Shown: positions 28,701-38,093 of the stretch, in pieces
Layout of the letters: each line of letters starts with the position of its first letter
Numbering within the stretch: the first letter of the stretch is position 1
IMG/VR virus record: IMGVR_UViG_3300028888_000113
Strand: one strand, 5' to 3'
DNA from: a virus
Taxonomy: Duplodnaviria > Heunggongvirae > Uroviricota > Caudoviricetes
DNA length: 64,000 nt
The notes under the pieces: generated by a model
The model's input: only the letters and a program-made list of their open reading frames with translations
The model's database searches: none
What the model was told of the DNA's origin: nothing
Made by a program: the position numbers and the translations under genes

Positions 28701-31700
28701 TTCAGCATCTTTCTTTGTGCCACCGCCTTTATTACCTTTGGTAAGAGACTTGTCAAACACCCACATACCGTCATCAAGGCTCTTGTTGAGTTCTTTCAGT
28801 TCTGATTCAACTGCTGTCTTTTGGCCTTGGATATACGGCACAAGGTCAGGATCAAGGATAGAGCCTTTAAGTTGGGTGTCGAAGTTCTTGAGTTTCTTTT
28901 CGAGGTCCACCTTTCTCTGGCTCTGCTTCGTGCTGAATGCGAGGAAGTCAGTATTGGCATCTTTCAGGTCATTCTTGCTCCAAAGACCATAGCCCTTACC
29001 TTTCTGCCATTCGTCAAGTGATAGGGCAAGACCTGTCAGTTCGTTGGTGTTAATGACTGGAGTGAGGTATAACTGAGCATAGAATCCCTGAGCCACCCAA
29101 GAAGCAACATTATCTTTTGCGTCCTGAGATCCTTTTTCAAGACCGTTGGCAAAGTTGGTTGCTATAGTGCGGAGCTTCGTCTTCTCTTCTTCCGTCAACT
29201 GCTCATAACTCTTACTGATGTCAACACCAGCTTGTCTTGCAAGCGTCTTGAGATTATCCATCGCATCAGGAATGACGTGATCCCTGATGTTCTGCATGTG
29301 GGCCTCGCTTTCTTCAACTGCTTTCGCGTATTCTGTGATAGCCTCTCCCCAAGGGGTATTACCAGCGAAATAACCAACGGCCTCATTCTCGTACTTGCCA
29401 TTAAGGAGAATGCGAAGATTCTCATAGAGATTCTTGCCGTTAAGTTGCTCTGACAGTTCCTTGTGTTTGGCTTTCAGGCTGTCTATCATCTGCTGATACT
29501 TTGAGCTATACCGTTCGAGTGCGGCCATACGCTTGTATTCAGCATTCTGCAACTTCTCATATTCCTCCATTTCATCGTTGATGTCGGAATTGTCGAGTGC
29601 TTCCTTGATCATGGCATTGCCTTGTGGGGTGCCCATAGCGTCAAGGGCCTCCTGATATGCCTTGGCTTTCTGTGTCAGATTGTCAAGACGTTCTGCCATA
29701 TCATCAAAGCCACGACTTTCCTGTACGATCTGCTTACCGGCTATACCCATTCCAAGCAATGCCTCTTCAAGTGCCTCAACCTTCTTATAAGGCTCGTCCG
29801 AACTGTCCTCTACGTTTTTCAGAACAGAAGCAAGTTTGTTGGCATTCTGTTCCGCACTTCCAGTAATGGAGTTCGCAAGGTCTTGAAGTCTCTCGTCTGC
29901 CTCTCCGAATGCCTCATAGACTGAATATAGCGTGCCTGCAAGTGTGATGGCAACACCTACCCAACCACCGAAGAAACCGAGCAATCCCTTTGCGCCAACA
30001 CCAAGGATATTTCCCATTTTCCCTAACGGTGTGGGATTGGGACCTTGCTGTAATGCTTGCAACTGTCCGAGGGCAATCTGCTTACGTTGCTCTCTGGTGT
30101 AGCCCTGCATCTGCAAGTAACGGTAGAAATGCTGTTTAGACATCTGGCCGTCAAGCATAAGCTGATGGGCCTTCTTTGCAGAGATCTGATTCTCCAAAGC
30201 AAGGATCTGATAGTCGCTGCTGACAAGTCTGTTCTTGTTCTGCACAAGTTTCAACTCTTCTGCGTTCAGTTGCTTGCCATTCCAGATGCGCTCACGTTCA
30301 AGGCGGTTTGCCTCTTTCAACTTGGCAATTTCCATATTACGGATGGCCATGTCACCACTACGACGCATGACCGTATCTTGAAGACCTCCTGCTAAGGCTT
30401 TCAGACCTCTTGCTGCTCCAAATGCAGACATGGCAAACACCATCTTGTCTAAGTTCTGAGTCAGCAACACAACAACATCAAGGATATACTTGAACATGGC
30501 TCCAGAGGCACTTGTTCCTTCTGCTATGCTTCCTAACATGATTTGCCAGGAGTCCTGTAACTTCTGCCACTTTCCGTAGAGAGTATCAGCAAGCTCTGAC
30601 TGCATATTGTAGAATTGGCCACCTTGGTTAGTCATATCCCAAAGCACTTCCTTCACCATTTCAAACGGAACTGCTCTTGCGCTGATCAGCTTGAACACGT
30701 CGGCTGTTGTTGTCAGCTTGCCGTTCAACTGCGTGAACTTGTCAGCGAGGGCCTGCACCATAGGAATACCAGCCTCAGTGAACTGGCGCAATTCCTGACC
30801 TCTCAGCACGGCAGCAGAACGTACCTGACCATAAGCCAAGATAAGGCGGTTCATGTCAACACCAAGTCCTGATGACAGGTCGGCAAGTCGTTTGGTGGTA
30901 TCGTACAACTCGTTAGCTGGTATCTGATAGGCTGACAACTGTTTGACGTATGATGTCAGTTCCATAAAGGTCTTCGGTGACTCAATGGCCAGTTCTTTCA
31001 TCTGACCGAAGAGGATATTGGCCTCCTGAACGTCACCGAGGATATTCCTCAAGGCTACGTGTTGCACCTCAAACTGACCTCCAATAGTGACAATGCTTTT
31101 GAGAATACGCTCCAGCCCATACAGACCAGCATAGGCTCCTATCTGGTTCTGCAGTTGTATGGAAATCCTATTGGCCTGACTGCCAGCCTCAGCAACACGA
31201 TTATAGGATGAAATAAGACCTTCGTTTACATGAGCAAGCATACCTACGGCTTCTGCTGCCTTTTTTGCTGCAGCAGACTTCTTGCTTTTGGCCAAGGCAT
31301 CGTCCAGCTCCATCTGCTTTCCTCTTGCAAGAGACTCGTTGTAGCGACGCTGTATAGCATTCAACTGCTCATTCACCTTTTCTTTGGTGTAGGTCGGAGT
31401 GATATTGCCATTGGCAATGCCGGACTCTTCGGCCTTCACGGCTGCAAGAAGTTGGGTTATCTCCTGCATCTTTTGGCTCAGAGCCGCATACTCATGTACC
31501 TGTCTGCGTATAGCAGCAATCTTCTGTTGGCTCTCAGTATCAAGGTACAGTTTGTTGAGGGCTGCCTGTATGTTCTTGTTCGTCTGCAGCTTGTTATTGT
31601 AATCGTCTGTGACTCCAGTCAGACTTGATAGTTCTGCCTTGACGCGGCGAAGGAAATTTTCATAGTCTGCACCGGAAGCACTTGCGGGCATACCGCTACC

Positions 31701-32318
31701 GTTACGTTCGGCACGTTTGACAGCAGACATTCTGCTTGATATGCCATTGATGATGTTTGCGGCATCGCCAAGGTTGGTGCCCGGTGCTGCATTGACGATG
31801 GCATCGGAGAGTTGCTTACGATACTGCTGTAACTCGTAGTATTTGCTCTTGAGGTCATCAATACGCTTCGACTCATTGGCAGCATTCCTGGCCTCAGCGC
31901 GATCCTTCTCTTCAATACCGTCGATATAGCGAAGGGAATCCTTTAGCATCAGCTCTATATTGAGGCGCATCTTATCAAACTGCACCTCACCACGCTCAAG
32001 AAGCCTTGTTGGATCCGTAAAGATTGAAGCCATTTCCTTGCGGACCTTCTCAATATCAGATGATATTGCTTTCAGACCTTTCTTCTGGTCTCCTGACAGA
32101 GAAAGACCTTTCAGGCCTGCAATACGTTTCTGCGTGACATGGATCTTGTCATAAACGTTCGATATGTCAACGATATTACGATAATAATTCTTTAGTTCTA
32201 CGGTGTCATCCGTCAGAGCATTACCAAGCCTCTCTGATGATTTCATCAGATTTTCAAGCACCTTAGATACTTCGTCCCTGACACCAAGCTCAAACCAGAG
32301 TTTATCTGCTGCAGCCAT
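25770..32318 (-). CDS. Tail tape measure protein (2182 aa)
   Basis: Very long coiled-coil-rich ORF with a G/A-rich hydrophobic segment (AITAIVAVVAGAFSFGSGAVGVGALGAAAIGALSAG) between the chaperone pair and distal tail genes. Confidence 0.8.
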   Translation of the reverse strand: MAAADKLWFELGVRDEVSKVLENLMKSSERLGNALTDDTVELKNYYRNIVDISNVYDKIHVTQKRIAGLKGLSLSGDQKKGLKAISSDIEKVRKEMASIFTDPTRLLERGEVQFDKMRLNIELMLKDSLRYIDGIEEKDRAEARNAANESKRIDDLKSKYYELQQYRKQLSDAIVNAAPGTNLGDAANIINGISSRMSAVKRAERNGSGMPASASGADYENFLRRVKAELSSLTGVTDDYNNKLQTNKNIQAALNKLYLDTESQQKIAAIRRQVHEYAALSQKMQEITQLLAAVKAEESGIANGNITPTYTKEKVNEQLNAIQRRYNESLARGKQMELDDALAKSKKSAAAKKAAEAVGMLAHVNEGLISSYNRVAEAGSQANRISIQLQNQIGAYAGLYGLERILKSIVTIGGQFEVQHVALRNILGDVQEANILFGQMKELAIESPKTFMELTSYVKQLSAYQIPANELYDTTKRLADLSSGLGVDMNRLILAYGQVRSAAVLRGQELRQFTEAGIPMVQALADKFTQLNGKLTTTADVFKLISARAVPFEMVKEVLWDMTNQGGQFYNMQSELADTLYGKWQKLQDSWQIMLGSIAEGTSASGAMFKYILDVVVLLTQNLDKMVFAMSAFGAARGLKALAGGLQDTVMRRSGDMAIRNMEIAKLKEANRLERERIWNGKQLNAEELKLVQNKNRLVSSDYQILALENQISAKKAHQLMLDGQMSKQHFYRYLQMQGYTREQRKQIALGQLQALQQGPNPTPLGKMGNILGVGAKGLLGFFGGWVGVAITLAGTLYSVYEAFGEADERLQDLANSITGSAEQNANKLASVLKNVEDSSDEPYKKVEALEEALLGMGIAGKQIVQESRGFDDMAERLDNLTQKAKAYQEALDAMGTPQGNAMIKEALDNSDINDEMEEYEKLQNAEYKRMAALERYSSKYQQMIDSLKAKHKELSEQLNGKNLYENLRILLNGKYENEAVGYFAGNTPWGEAITEYAKAVEESEAHMQNIRDHVIPDAMDNLKTLARQAGVDISKSYEQLTEEEKTKLRTIATNFANGLEKGSQDAKDNVASWVAQGFYAQLYLTPVINTNELTGLALSLDEWQKGKGYGLWSKNDLKDANTDFLAFSTKQSQRKVDLEKKLKNFDTQLKGSILDPDLVPYIQGQKTAVESELKELNKSLDDGMWVFDKSLTKGNKGGGTKKDAELEALKNRVDLYKKFYQELEGYEDIYGHSGALDVLKKDGEFGTVFNWGIKDLSNYKQTLDQLTNGFNVNTEARHKFINATKADIENKQRKDAVESMKTYISELRKMMSIMSENYQTYKKWLELTGDASLASRVAGVAQNTTYSDYLRNQMITELGKNKKYSALTPEDVFGLSESDIQKFGKDSQIFAVWDEWRKHQQLLKKEQLDLYEEAIKNAKDYDDKIEDVNRSLEKQIAAIESLGGDNRLIENARQNAADKVSELQWEKFKKENDWGRVFGDLDNMSFETIDKMVASMKKFQKETRLSEKESRAWQKAMKDLTDKKITLDPINAMTDAIKKYNAAVIAQNNAQKEKDDADKKVAAIRGEIATNPQAAESRERRLNQAVKEQEKANEKLIKSQNDVTESFNEVKKAAAAIANSFKNLGGSLSSLGSSIGGDIGNVIGGFGTMFSSLGNGISAIQNLDMNAKGFTGVFNKVSAVLTVVTAMVDMNKALADILPSTESIYQRHAEEQKKVNQLRAAIDSYRVAVEKAHAEEKGWIGDNPLRQLQEAYKIHGAVVTEYYNKLYEAQEAYIDSAAGIKSALIPIVAAITAIVAVVAGAFSFGSGAVGVGALGAAAIGALSAGTVAVTGITAAAIGTAIAAGVGYAVGQAVQAGIDAITYDNGQVDARSNMKVQTQHRTFFRSEKTQNLEEWTKENLGLDLFDKSGLIDLKVAQAVLDSGITLVGETKETLEKLMELREQYDEWEKSIKDYISSTFGGLTDDMVNAVWDWLGSGKNALDSFRDYASDTFKQIAQDAVKTFLKVAVLDKFEKQLENLYKAYSMQDQNGNRIIDEQQLMLGVASIAGDMALAFEQILPLAQTLGQTIANAFQYQGYDVVNGSGGGGTSTGSSIKSVLEGAQDIIASYINAIRADVSVNRSMIAMYYPQFLSAITQNNTIANAQLEQMRAIVNNTSRNVEFVEMIYNILHGVAPEGTKIHIK

Positions 32319-32345
32319 AATATTTCGTTTTTTGAATGTTCAATG

Positions 32346-32764
32346 TTATTCTACTTTTCCGTTCATGAAGTCATTCAGAGAGAATGTCTTTCCGACGTAA
32401 GTCTTGCCTTGGCGATCCTTTTTCCAGTCTTCTACGAGTTTCTTCATTTCGTCCTCTTCCTGCTTAGTGGCAATCATCGACTTCTTACCTTTCTTTTCTT
32501 TGGTATTGTACTCTATGACAGGCTGATCTGCTAACATAAGGCTTATCTGCGCTGCAGTATAGCCAAATCTGTAATTGTAGTCAACAATACCAAGGAAAGT
32601 ATTGAAGAGGAAAGGGAACTTCTCTGCTAAAGAGTGATACCCACCCCAGGAGGTTCGGCTTGGCCAGACTCGTGTTGTGCTATCGTCATCATCGTGTCCA
32701 TTGCCTCTATCATCGATATGGTACTCAGACTTAATAGTTCGGAGCGCTCCTGAATTTTTTTTTT
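32346..32764 (-). CDS. Tail assembly chaperone -1 frameshift extension (G-T-like fusion)
   Basis: I translated the -1 frame from the A10 tract. It is open through ...LMLADQPVIEYNTKEKK... to the stop at 32346, and is contiguous with ORF 32346-32537. Confidence 0.55.
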
Positions 32765-33097
32765 ACTGGCTTGCACGACTGCTATCTGAAAGACTGTTCC
32801 ACGCTCACGTCTCACATACCAGATCCAACGCCAGAGAATCCAGTACCATGACCATCCGAGTAACCATGTGAGGAAACCGCTACGACAATCAAGACGCACA
32901 AGCGAATACCATTTCACATGACGCTTATTGTTGTCTTTCTCTTTCAACATGACATGCGACATACGGGATTCCGTAGCATTATGAAGCCAGCCTATGCTTA
33001 CTTTACGGTCACCAATCTTTACGGTCTCAGGTTCCTTGTTTATGAGATCGCTGAATAATTGTTGCGTGTCTATTTTGGGTTGTTTCGTTTCTGCCAT
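32627..33097 (-). CDS. Tail assembly chaperone (G-like)
   Basis: 156-aa ORF between major tail and TMP. Contains an A10 slippery tract. Confidence 0.55.
   Translation of the reverse strand: MAETKQPKIDTQQLFSDLINKEPETVKIGDRKVSIGWLHNATESRMSHVMLKEKDNNKRHVKWYSLVRLDCRSGFLTWLLGWSWYWILWRWIWYVRRERGTVFQIAVVQASKKKIQERSELLSLSTISMIEAMDTMMTIAQHESGQAEPPGVGITL
32755..32764 (-). other. Programmed -1 ribosomal frameshift / slippery site (A10)
   Basis: 10 consecutive A on the coding strand (GCC AGT AAA AAA AAA ATT). A -1 slip joins the two chaperone frames. Confidence 0.55.
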
Positions 33098-33202
33098 TCT
33101 TTTATTTGCTGAGTAAATCCTAAAAAAGAAGTAACTATCTGATAATCAGTACGTTTTAATCTTCTTTTATTTTCACAATTTTAATTTCTTATTTTTTTTT
33201 GC

Positions 33203-33258
33203 CACCTCTGAAAAGAAAGAAGGGGCGAAGCGGAATGCCCGCCCGCCCCTCGGTTTTT
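33203..33258 (-). terminator. Intrinsic terminator after the major tail protein gene
   Basis: AGGGGCG...CGCCCCT stem (33221-33250), T-rich on both strands, directly 3' of the 33273-33848 stop. Confidence 0.55.
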
Positions 33259-33272
33259 AGTTCTTCTCAGAC

Positions 33273-33848
33273 TTAGGAGTTCTTCTTCTTGAGGAAGATA
33301 ACGTCTGGGTTGGTGCCGTCAGTCTCGATAGATCCGTTGAAGTCAACGGCCATCACACCCTTGGCATCGCTGTCAAGCACAAGGCTTGCGAACAGTGCGG
33401 TGTTGTTGATAACCATGATACGGTCCTTCGTGCTGTTGACAATCATCCAAGTACCTGTAACCTTCTTATTCTTGAGAATAACGGCCAGGCCCTCGTAGTC
33501 AACATTGTCAACCTTACCAACGATGTCTGAAACAGCATCTTCACCGAATGCCAACTTGAGAATGTCCTCAGAGATAGAGGGAACACGGAAGCCAAGGTCG
33601 ATGTCACCAGGCTCAGAGTCGGTGATCCATGCGCCAGAAAGGCCAATGACCTTGTACTCTTCAATCTCGGCCTCACCCTGCTCGAAGTTCAGGGAGTCAA
33701 CCTTACAAGGAACGTCGAGTTCGGGAGTGGCGGTGAACGTCTTTGTTCCATTCGTGCCAGTGGTGATGTTCAGGGCTGCACTCTGATACAGAAGTGAGCT
33801 GGGGCCAGAGAACTTATCTGCCAACTGAGATTTAGTCTTTACTGCCAT
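33273..33848 (-). CDS. Major tail protein candidate
   Basis: 191-aa ORF upstream of the chaperone pair, followed by a strong terminator (high-expression signature). Confidence 0.45.
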   Translation of the reverse strand: MAVKTKSQLADKFSGPSSLLYQSAALNITTGTNGTKTFTATPELDVPCKVDSLNFEQGEAEIEEYKVIGLSGAWITDSEPGDIDLGFRVPSISEDILKLAFGEDAVSDIVGKVDNVDYEGLAVILKNKKVTGTWMIVNSTKDRIMVINNTALFASLVLDSDAKGVMAVDFNGSIETDGTNPDVIFLKKKNS

Positions 33849-33882
33849 AAATCTTAAATTTTTTAGTTATTAAAATGTTAAT

Positions 33883-34296
33883 TCAAACCATTGTTGTAAA
33901 CTTAGCCTGTATGCGAGTATAGTGATAACCATTGCCGTCACTCGATGCTGGGATGACGGTTCGCGGATAGTCAATCTTGAAGCTGTCTTTCCGAAAGATA
34001 GGGAACAGCCCGAAGAGACTCTTGCGCAATTCCTTCATCTTCACAGAATCAAACTCCTTCGGATTCTGATCAGTCTTCCTGTCAGCAACGAATATCTCAA
34101 AGACTACGGTGAGGTCAAGCCACCAATCGTCATTCTCGCCCAATGTCCTGTTTGAAGTAGAGTAGGGCAGGGAAGAGACGATAAACTCTTTCAGCTTGGA
34201 ATCGGTAGCATTCGGACGCTCCTGTAGGAATGTCCTCTTGCAAACCTTTTTGGCCTCTCGATCCATTGTCTCAAGTATATCCTCTGGAGTTATCAT
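33883..34296 (-). CDS. Head-tail joining / tail completion protein candidate
   Basis: 137-aa ORF in the head-tail connector block. Positional only. Confidence 0.3.
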   Translation of the reverse strand: MITPEDILETMDREAKKVCKRTFLQERPNATDSKLKEFIVSSLPYSTSNRTLGENDDWWLDLTVVFEIFVADRKTDQNPKEFDSVKMKELRKSLFGLFPIFRKDSFKIDYPRTVIPASSDGNGYHYTRIQAKFTTMV

Positions 34297-34301
34297 ATCC
34301 G

Positions 34302-34838
34302 TTAAAATTGAAGGTCTGAGATATTGCCACCCATTGCAGCGAGTTCGTCACGTAGCTGACTCAGAACATTTACCTTACCTTTTGATTCGAGGTATTTTGC
34401 GTAGTCCACGATGGAAACTATGCGATAGGAGAAACCTTTTGTCTTTGGTGGGTATCTGTTAAGCCATTTCAGAACTTCTACGTCGGCCCAGATGTTCTTA
34501 TCTCCAACCCAGTCTGTTTTTGAGAGAGGATTAAGAAGTATGTTGCCGTTATAGGTGAAAGGCTCTGCGAACACGTCACCATTCTTCAAGGTTGCACGTA
34601 CAGGACGCTTGCCGGTTATCTCAATGCTGCCATGAGCCTCAAGACACTTGCCATCCTTATACAGAGCGACACCAAGAGAGTTGACAAGGTTACCAGTCAG
34701 TGAACGGAATCCGCTCAATTCCTGAAAGGCCATCTGCAGAAGGCTGTCGAGGCTTTCGCGGAGTTTTGCCTCTGCCTTTGCCTCGGAACGTTTCTTCACG
34801 TTGTCGAAAACGTGCTTTATCTGCATCTTGGTTGCCAT
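34302..34838 (-). CDS. Head-tail connector module protein
   Basis: 178-aa ORF. Positional only. Confidence 0.3.
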   Translation of the reverse strand: MATKMQIKHVFDNVKKRSEAKAEAKLRESLDSLLQMAFQELSGFRSLTGNLVNSLGVALYKDGKCLEAHGSIEITGKRPVRATLKNGDVFAEPFTYNGNILLNPLSKTDWVGDKNIWADVEVLKWLNRYPPKTKGFSYRIVSIVDYAKYLESKGKVNVLSQLRDELAAMGGNISDLQF

Positions 34839-35206
34839 TACTCTTCCTCGTTAAGATTTCGGTTATGCTCTCCGTAAATGACTGACCTGTTATTATCAGG
34901 CTCGAAGTCTTTGACTTCCCATTCCTCGGTGATACTACCCTTTACCACTCGCAAGATGTCGCCAGACATCGGAATCTTGTCATTCCATTCGTCGAATCGC
35001 ACAGGTATGGATGCCTTGCGCTTATTGGTATCGACTTTTGCGTCACCTGTCGTAGTAGTGTCGGTATAGCTACGCCCTTTCCCTTTATAGATGATTTCCT
35101 CAGACGGCTCTCCTGTTGAAAACCGCTCTGGGTATTTCATCCGCACAATTTCTATCATGTGCGGGTATCTCGGATTATCGACCTTGTTCTTCCTCATAAT
35201 CAACAA
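34838..35206 (-). CDS. Head-tail connector module protein
   Basis: 122-aa ORF. Positional only. Confidence 0.3.
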   Translation of the reverse strand: MLIMRKNKVDNPRYPHMIEIVRMKYPERFSTGEPSEEIIYKGKGRSYTDTTTTGDAKVDTNKRKASIPVRFDEWNDKIPMSGDILRVVKGSITEEWEVKDFEPDNNRSVIYGEHNRNLNEEE

Positions 35207-35633
35207 TGTGTGGAAGCGGGATTCCTGTCTCGTCGTAGTCGCAGGGTGTGATCCCGAAGCTCTCTATTGCAACGCTGACAGAGTCATCAAACTCGAACTC
35301 TTCACCATACTTGTCGTAGATCGCTTTTGCATAACGGAGCATTCGGTCTTTGTCTTCATCCGATAGGGTGTGGCCTCCCTCAGAATGACTCCAGCCATTA
35401 TCTGAGTCAGAAGTGGAGTTCACCTTGCCTGGACCCATGCAGATCCATACATATAGGTCTGCTTTCAGAAGCTCGCGCGTTTTCTTGTCTGTTTCCTTGA
35501 TCGGTCTGTCACCATTGACATCACGCTCCAAAAGGACATGATCGGCTGCTTCGTCAGGCAGTGAGAAATTGACGCAACCGAAAACATAGTCTCGGATGGT
35601 CTTCTCTTTCTTTGCTCCACTTTCCTCGTTCAT
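35175..35633 (-). CDS. Head-tail connector module protein
   Basis: 152-aa ORF. Positional only. Confidence 0.3.
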   Translation of the reverse strand: MNEESGAKKEKTIRDYVFGCVNFSLPDEAADHVLLERDVNGDRPIKETDKKTRELLKADLYVWICMGPGKVNSTSDSDNGWSHSEGGHTLSDEDKDRMLRYAKAIYDKYGEEFEFDDSVSVAIESFGITPCDYDETGIPLPHIVDYEEEQGR

Positions 35634-35650
35634 ACAAGACTCTTTAGAGA

Positions 35651-36103
35651 TTACTCAACGCCATCACCGTTCTGAGAATCACCATCACCGGACTCTTCGC
35701 CCGATGGCTCTTCCTTTGCTACGGAGAAAGGCAGCTTCACGTCAATAACAATGCCTGTGCTGACCTCGCTGATCTCGGTGATCAGATTCACGTCGGTCTC
35801 AACTGGTACGACATGCAGCTTCTTGCCGTCGGGATAGGTTGGATCTGCAATGTCGGCACTGAAAACAAGTTTCAGAGTGCCTGGAGAAAGCTTGTGGTCA
35901 TTCAACACAACCTTCACTTTCCCATCTTCCTCAGATACACCACGTTTCACACCGCCCTTCTGACCTACCTCATAGGTGCCGCCACACTCGAACTTCACCA
36001 TGAAATCGAAATCGGGGTAGCCAACGGGCTTGCCGTCTTCACCGATAAGATTAAGAAGCACGTCGAAATCAGACTGATAATTTACTTTCCTTGAGAAATC
36101 CAT
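35651..36103 (-). CDS. Head-associated (decoration/Ig-like?) protein
   Basis: 150-aa ORF immediately downstream of the capsid gene. Acidic C-terminus. Confidence 0.3.
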   Translation of the reverse strand: MDFSRKVNYQSDFDVLLNLIGEDGKPVGYPDFDFMVKFECGGTYEVGQKGGVKRGVSEEDGKVKVVLNDHKLSPGTLKLVFSADIADPTYPDGKKLHVVPVETDVNLITEISEVSTGIVIDVKLPFSVAKEEPSGEESGDGDSQNGDGVE

Positions 36104-36157
36104 ATCAAAACAGGTTTATAAGGGTGGGCTACGGATTTTCCGCAGTCCACCCCTCGG

Positions 36158-37555
36158 TTATGACTTCACGTAATAGGTGACTCCAGCCTGCGGAGTGGTA
36201 TCGGTAGTAAGCTCGTACTTATCACCGTTCTTAACGTACCAGCTCTGCTGTGCAGGATTCATACCTGTAGTGTCCTCTACTGGTGTGTAAGTTGCAACAA
36301 CTTCCTGACCACCGCTGTTCTGCTGATCGTCATTCTGAGAATCAGTCTCAACCTCCATGATGTTGAGGTAGTAGAACCAACGGGTAGCGTTAGGAACACA
36401 CAGAACCTGAGCCTCAGACTTGGTCTTGATGGTCATGTACTCACCGTTGAGAATCTCACGGATCAGGGTACGGCCACCATCGAACAGTGCAGAACGTGTG
36501 TTCGCGCTGTCGATCCAGACATGCTTACCAGCCTGAACGTCACCGATGTCACCATCAGGAACATAAGCCAGCACACCTTCCTTGAAGGCTTGGATATTGT
36601 GGTATGCAGCCTTCTTGGTCTTAGGATTCATGAACTCTACGGAACCTACGCTGTCAATGACCTCGATACGTCCGAGCTTGTTCTGAATGTAACGCCAGAT
36701 AAGATCATCGTCCTGAGTGTAAGACCATGCAAGGCGAAGGGTGTCCTTTGTGATGTCAGGACGCATAGCAACGGCAAACAGCTCACGCCAGTACTCCATT
36801 GCCAACAGGTCCTTCTTGGTCTTCTTTGAACACTCCCAGTGGCCAGCAGGCATGAAGTCGAACTCTTCGGCATCATCCTTGATCTTCACAGCAACGTTCA
36901 CGGGGTTAATGCTCTTGCCAACAGCATCGTTCTGAACGATGGTACCATCCTTCTTCTTGGTGAACCAAATAGAAGTGTGGATATTCTTGGAAGGAACACC
37001 GAAGTCAATCTCCAGAGCAAGGCCGTAGGGGTTGTTCTCGGAGTTGATGATCAGCTTACCCTGATTTCCGACAATCTGATGACGCTGGAACTGAACGGTG
37101 TTGAAGTTACCACCAATCAGAGAGTCAGAGGCAGTGAAGAACAGGTCCATCACTGCATCGACAATATCCTGACGCATGCCGCCAAGCTCGTCAATGAGCA
37201 TCATCTTATCACGGATCTTCTTGCGGTCAAGATAGACCTCATGCTTGAAGATGGGAAGCTCACCGCTCTTGAGCATGATTCCGTCAGTACTCTTGGTGGG
37301 ACCGTCAGAATCGTAGTCAACGTATGCAGCCATCGTGTAAGGACGGATCGTAGCCTCGATCTGCTCATACGTCGGGTGCATGGTGATGTCGGGATTGAGA
37401 GGGAAGCCCATCTGAGCATACGTCTTCTCGGCATTCCACTTCTCAGCGAGCATGTCCTGCAGATAGAGGTCAAGACTGGCTACGCCATTCTCAACATATC
37501 CCATTGAAGCAAGACCAGCTCCAATAAAATCGTAAAATTGTGCGTCTCGTATCAT
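36158..37555 (-). CDS. Major capsid protein candidate
   Basis: 465-aa ORF after the scaffold-like gene, followed by a hairpin terminator (36124-36152). Positional and size inference. Confidence 0.55.
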   Translation of the reverse strand: MIRDAQFYDFIGAGLASMGYVENGVASLDLYLQDMLAEKWNAEKTYAQMGFPLNPDITMHPTYEQIEATIRPYTMAAYVDYDSDGPTKSTDGIMLKSGELPIFKHEVYLDRKKIRDKMMLIDELGGMRQDIVDAVMDLFFTASDSLIGGNFNTVQFQRHQIVGNQGKLIINSENNPYGLALEIDFGVPSKNIHTSIWFTKKKDGTIVQNDAVGKSINPVNVAVKIKDDAEEFDFMPAGHWECSKKTKKDLLAMEYWRELFAVAMRPDITKDTLRLAWSYTQDDDLIWRYIQNKLGRIEVIDSVGSVEFMNPKTKKAAYHNIQAFKEGVLAYVPDGDIGDVQAGKHVWIDSANTRSALFDGGRTLIREILNGEYMTIKTKSEAQVLCVPNATRWFYYLNIMEVETDSQNDDQQNSGGQEVVATYTPVEDTTGMNPAQQSWYVKNGDKYELTTDTTPQAGVTYYVKS

Positions 37556-37582
37556 ATTGATTACTTTTTATTTGTTCAACAC

Positions 37583-38014
37583 TTAGTCCTCAATGCCAAA
37601 GGCTTCCTTAGACTCCTTGCGAAGACGCTCAAATCGAATCATCGGCAGCTGAGCCTCCACGCTTGCGGGAACATCAGTTGCGTCACCCCAGAGTTTACCA
37701 GCGATGACAATGCCTACAGAAGCAAAAATGCAGTTGCTTGGGATGCGCACGTCATGGCGGGTCAGTCCGTTCACGGTCTTGAGTTTGGCCTCCCCGTCAG
37801 TACCGTGGATAATTTCAGCGTAGTCGCTGTCATTATCGAAGTGTACCATGGTGCCTGCGGGCAGAACATCGCCCTCCTTGAGACCGGCTTTCTCCAAATC
37901 AATCTTGCGACCAAAATGGATCATCTTGTCAACATCAATCCAGCACTCACTATTGCCGAAAGCCTCGCCGCGTGAGCCGCCCATTGTGTTGTCCGTACCT
38001 CTTGTGTAACCCAT
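37583..38014 (-). CDS. Head morphogenesis hypothetical protein
   Basis: 143-aa ORF between scaffold-like and capsid genes. Confidence 0.3.
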   Translation of the reverse strand: MGYTRGTDNTMGGSRGEAFGNSECWIDVDKMIHFGRKIDLEKAGLKEGDVLPAGTMVHFDNDSDYAEIIHGTDGEAKLKTVNGLTRHDVRIPSNCIFASVGIVIAGKLWGDATDVPASVEAQLPMIRFERLRKESKEAFGIED

Positions 38015-38093
38015 AATAAGTTAGTTAAAAATGTTATCCTGAAAACTTTCTTTTTACCGTGATACCGTCACGGCTCGTCACACTTAAAGAAGA

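Noticed and set aside
26013-32400. Many 60-245-aa + strand ORFs overlapping the tape measure gene (e.g. 26679-27416, 27597-28313)
   Set aside because: They are antisense to a 6.5-kb ORF and low-complexity (Ser/Leu/Phe-rich from the reverse reading of the Ala/Glu/Lys-rich coiled coil). Spurious.
33191-33200. T10 homopolymer as a second frameshift or phase-variation site
   Set aside because: It lies in a non-coding gap next to the terminator after the major tail gene. More consistent with a terminator U-tract than a coding slippery site.
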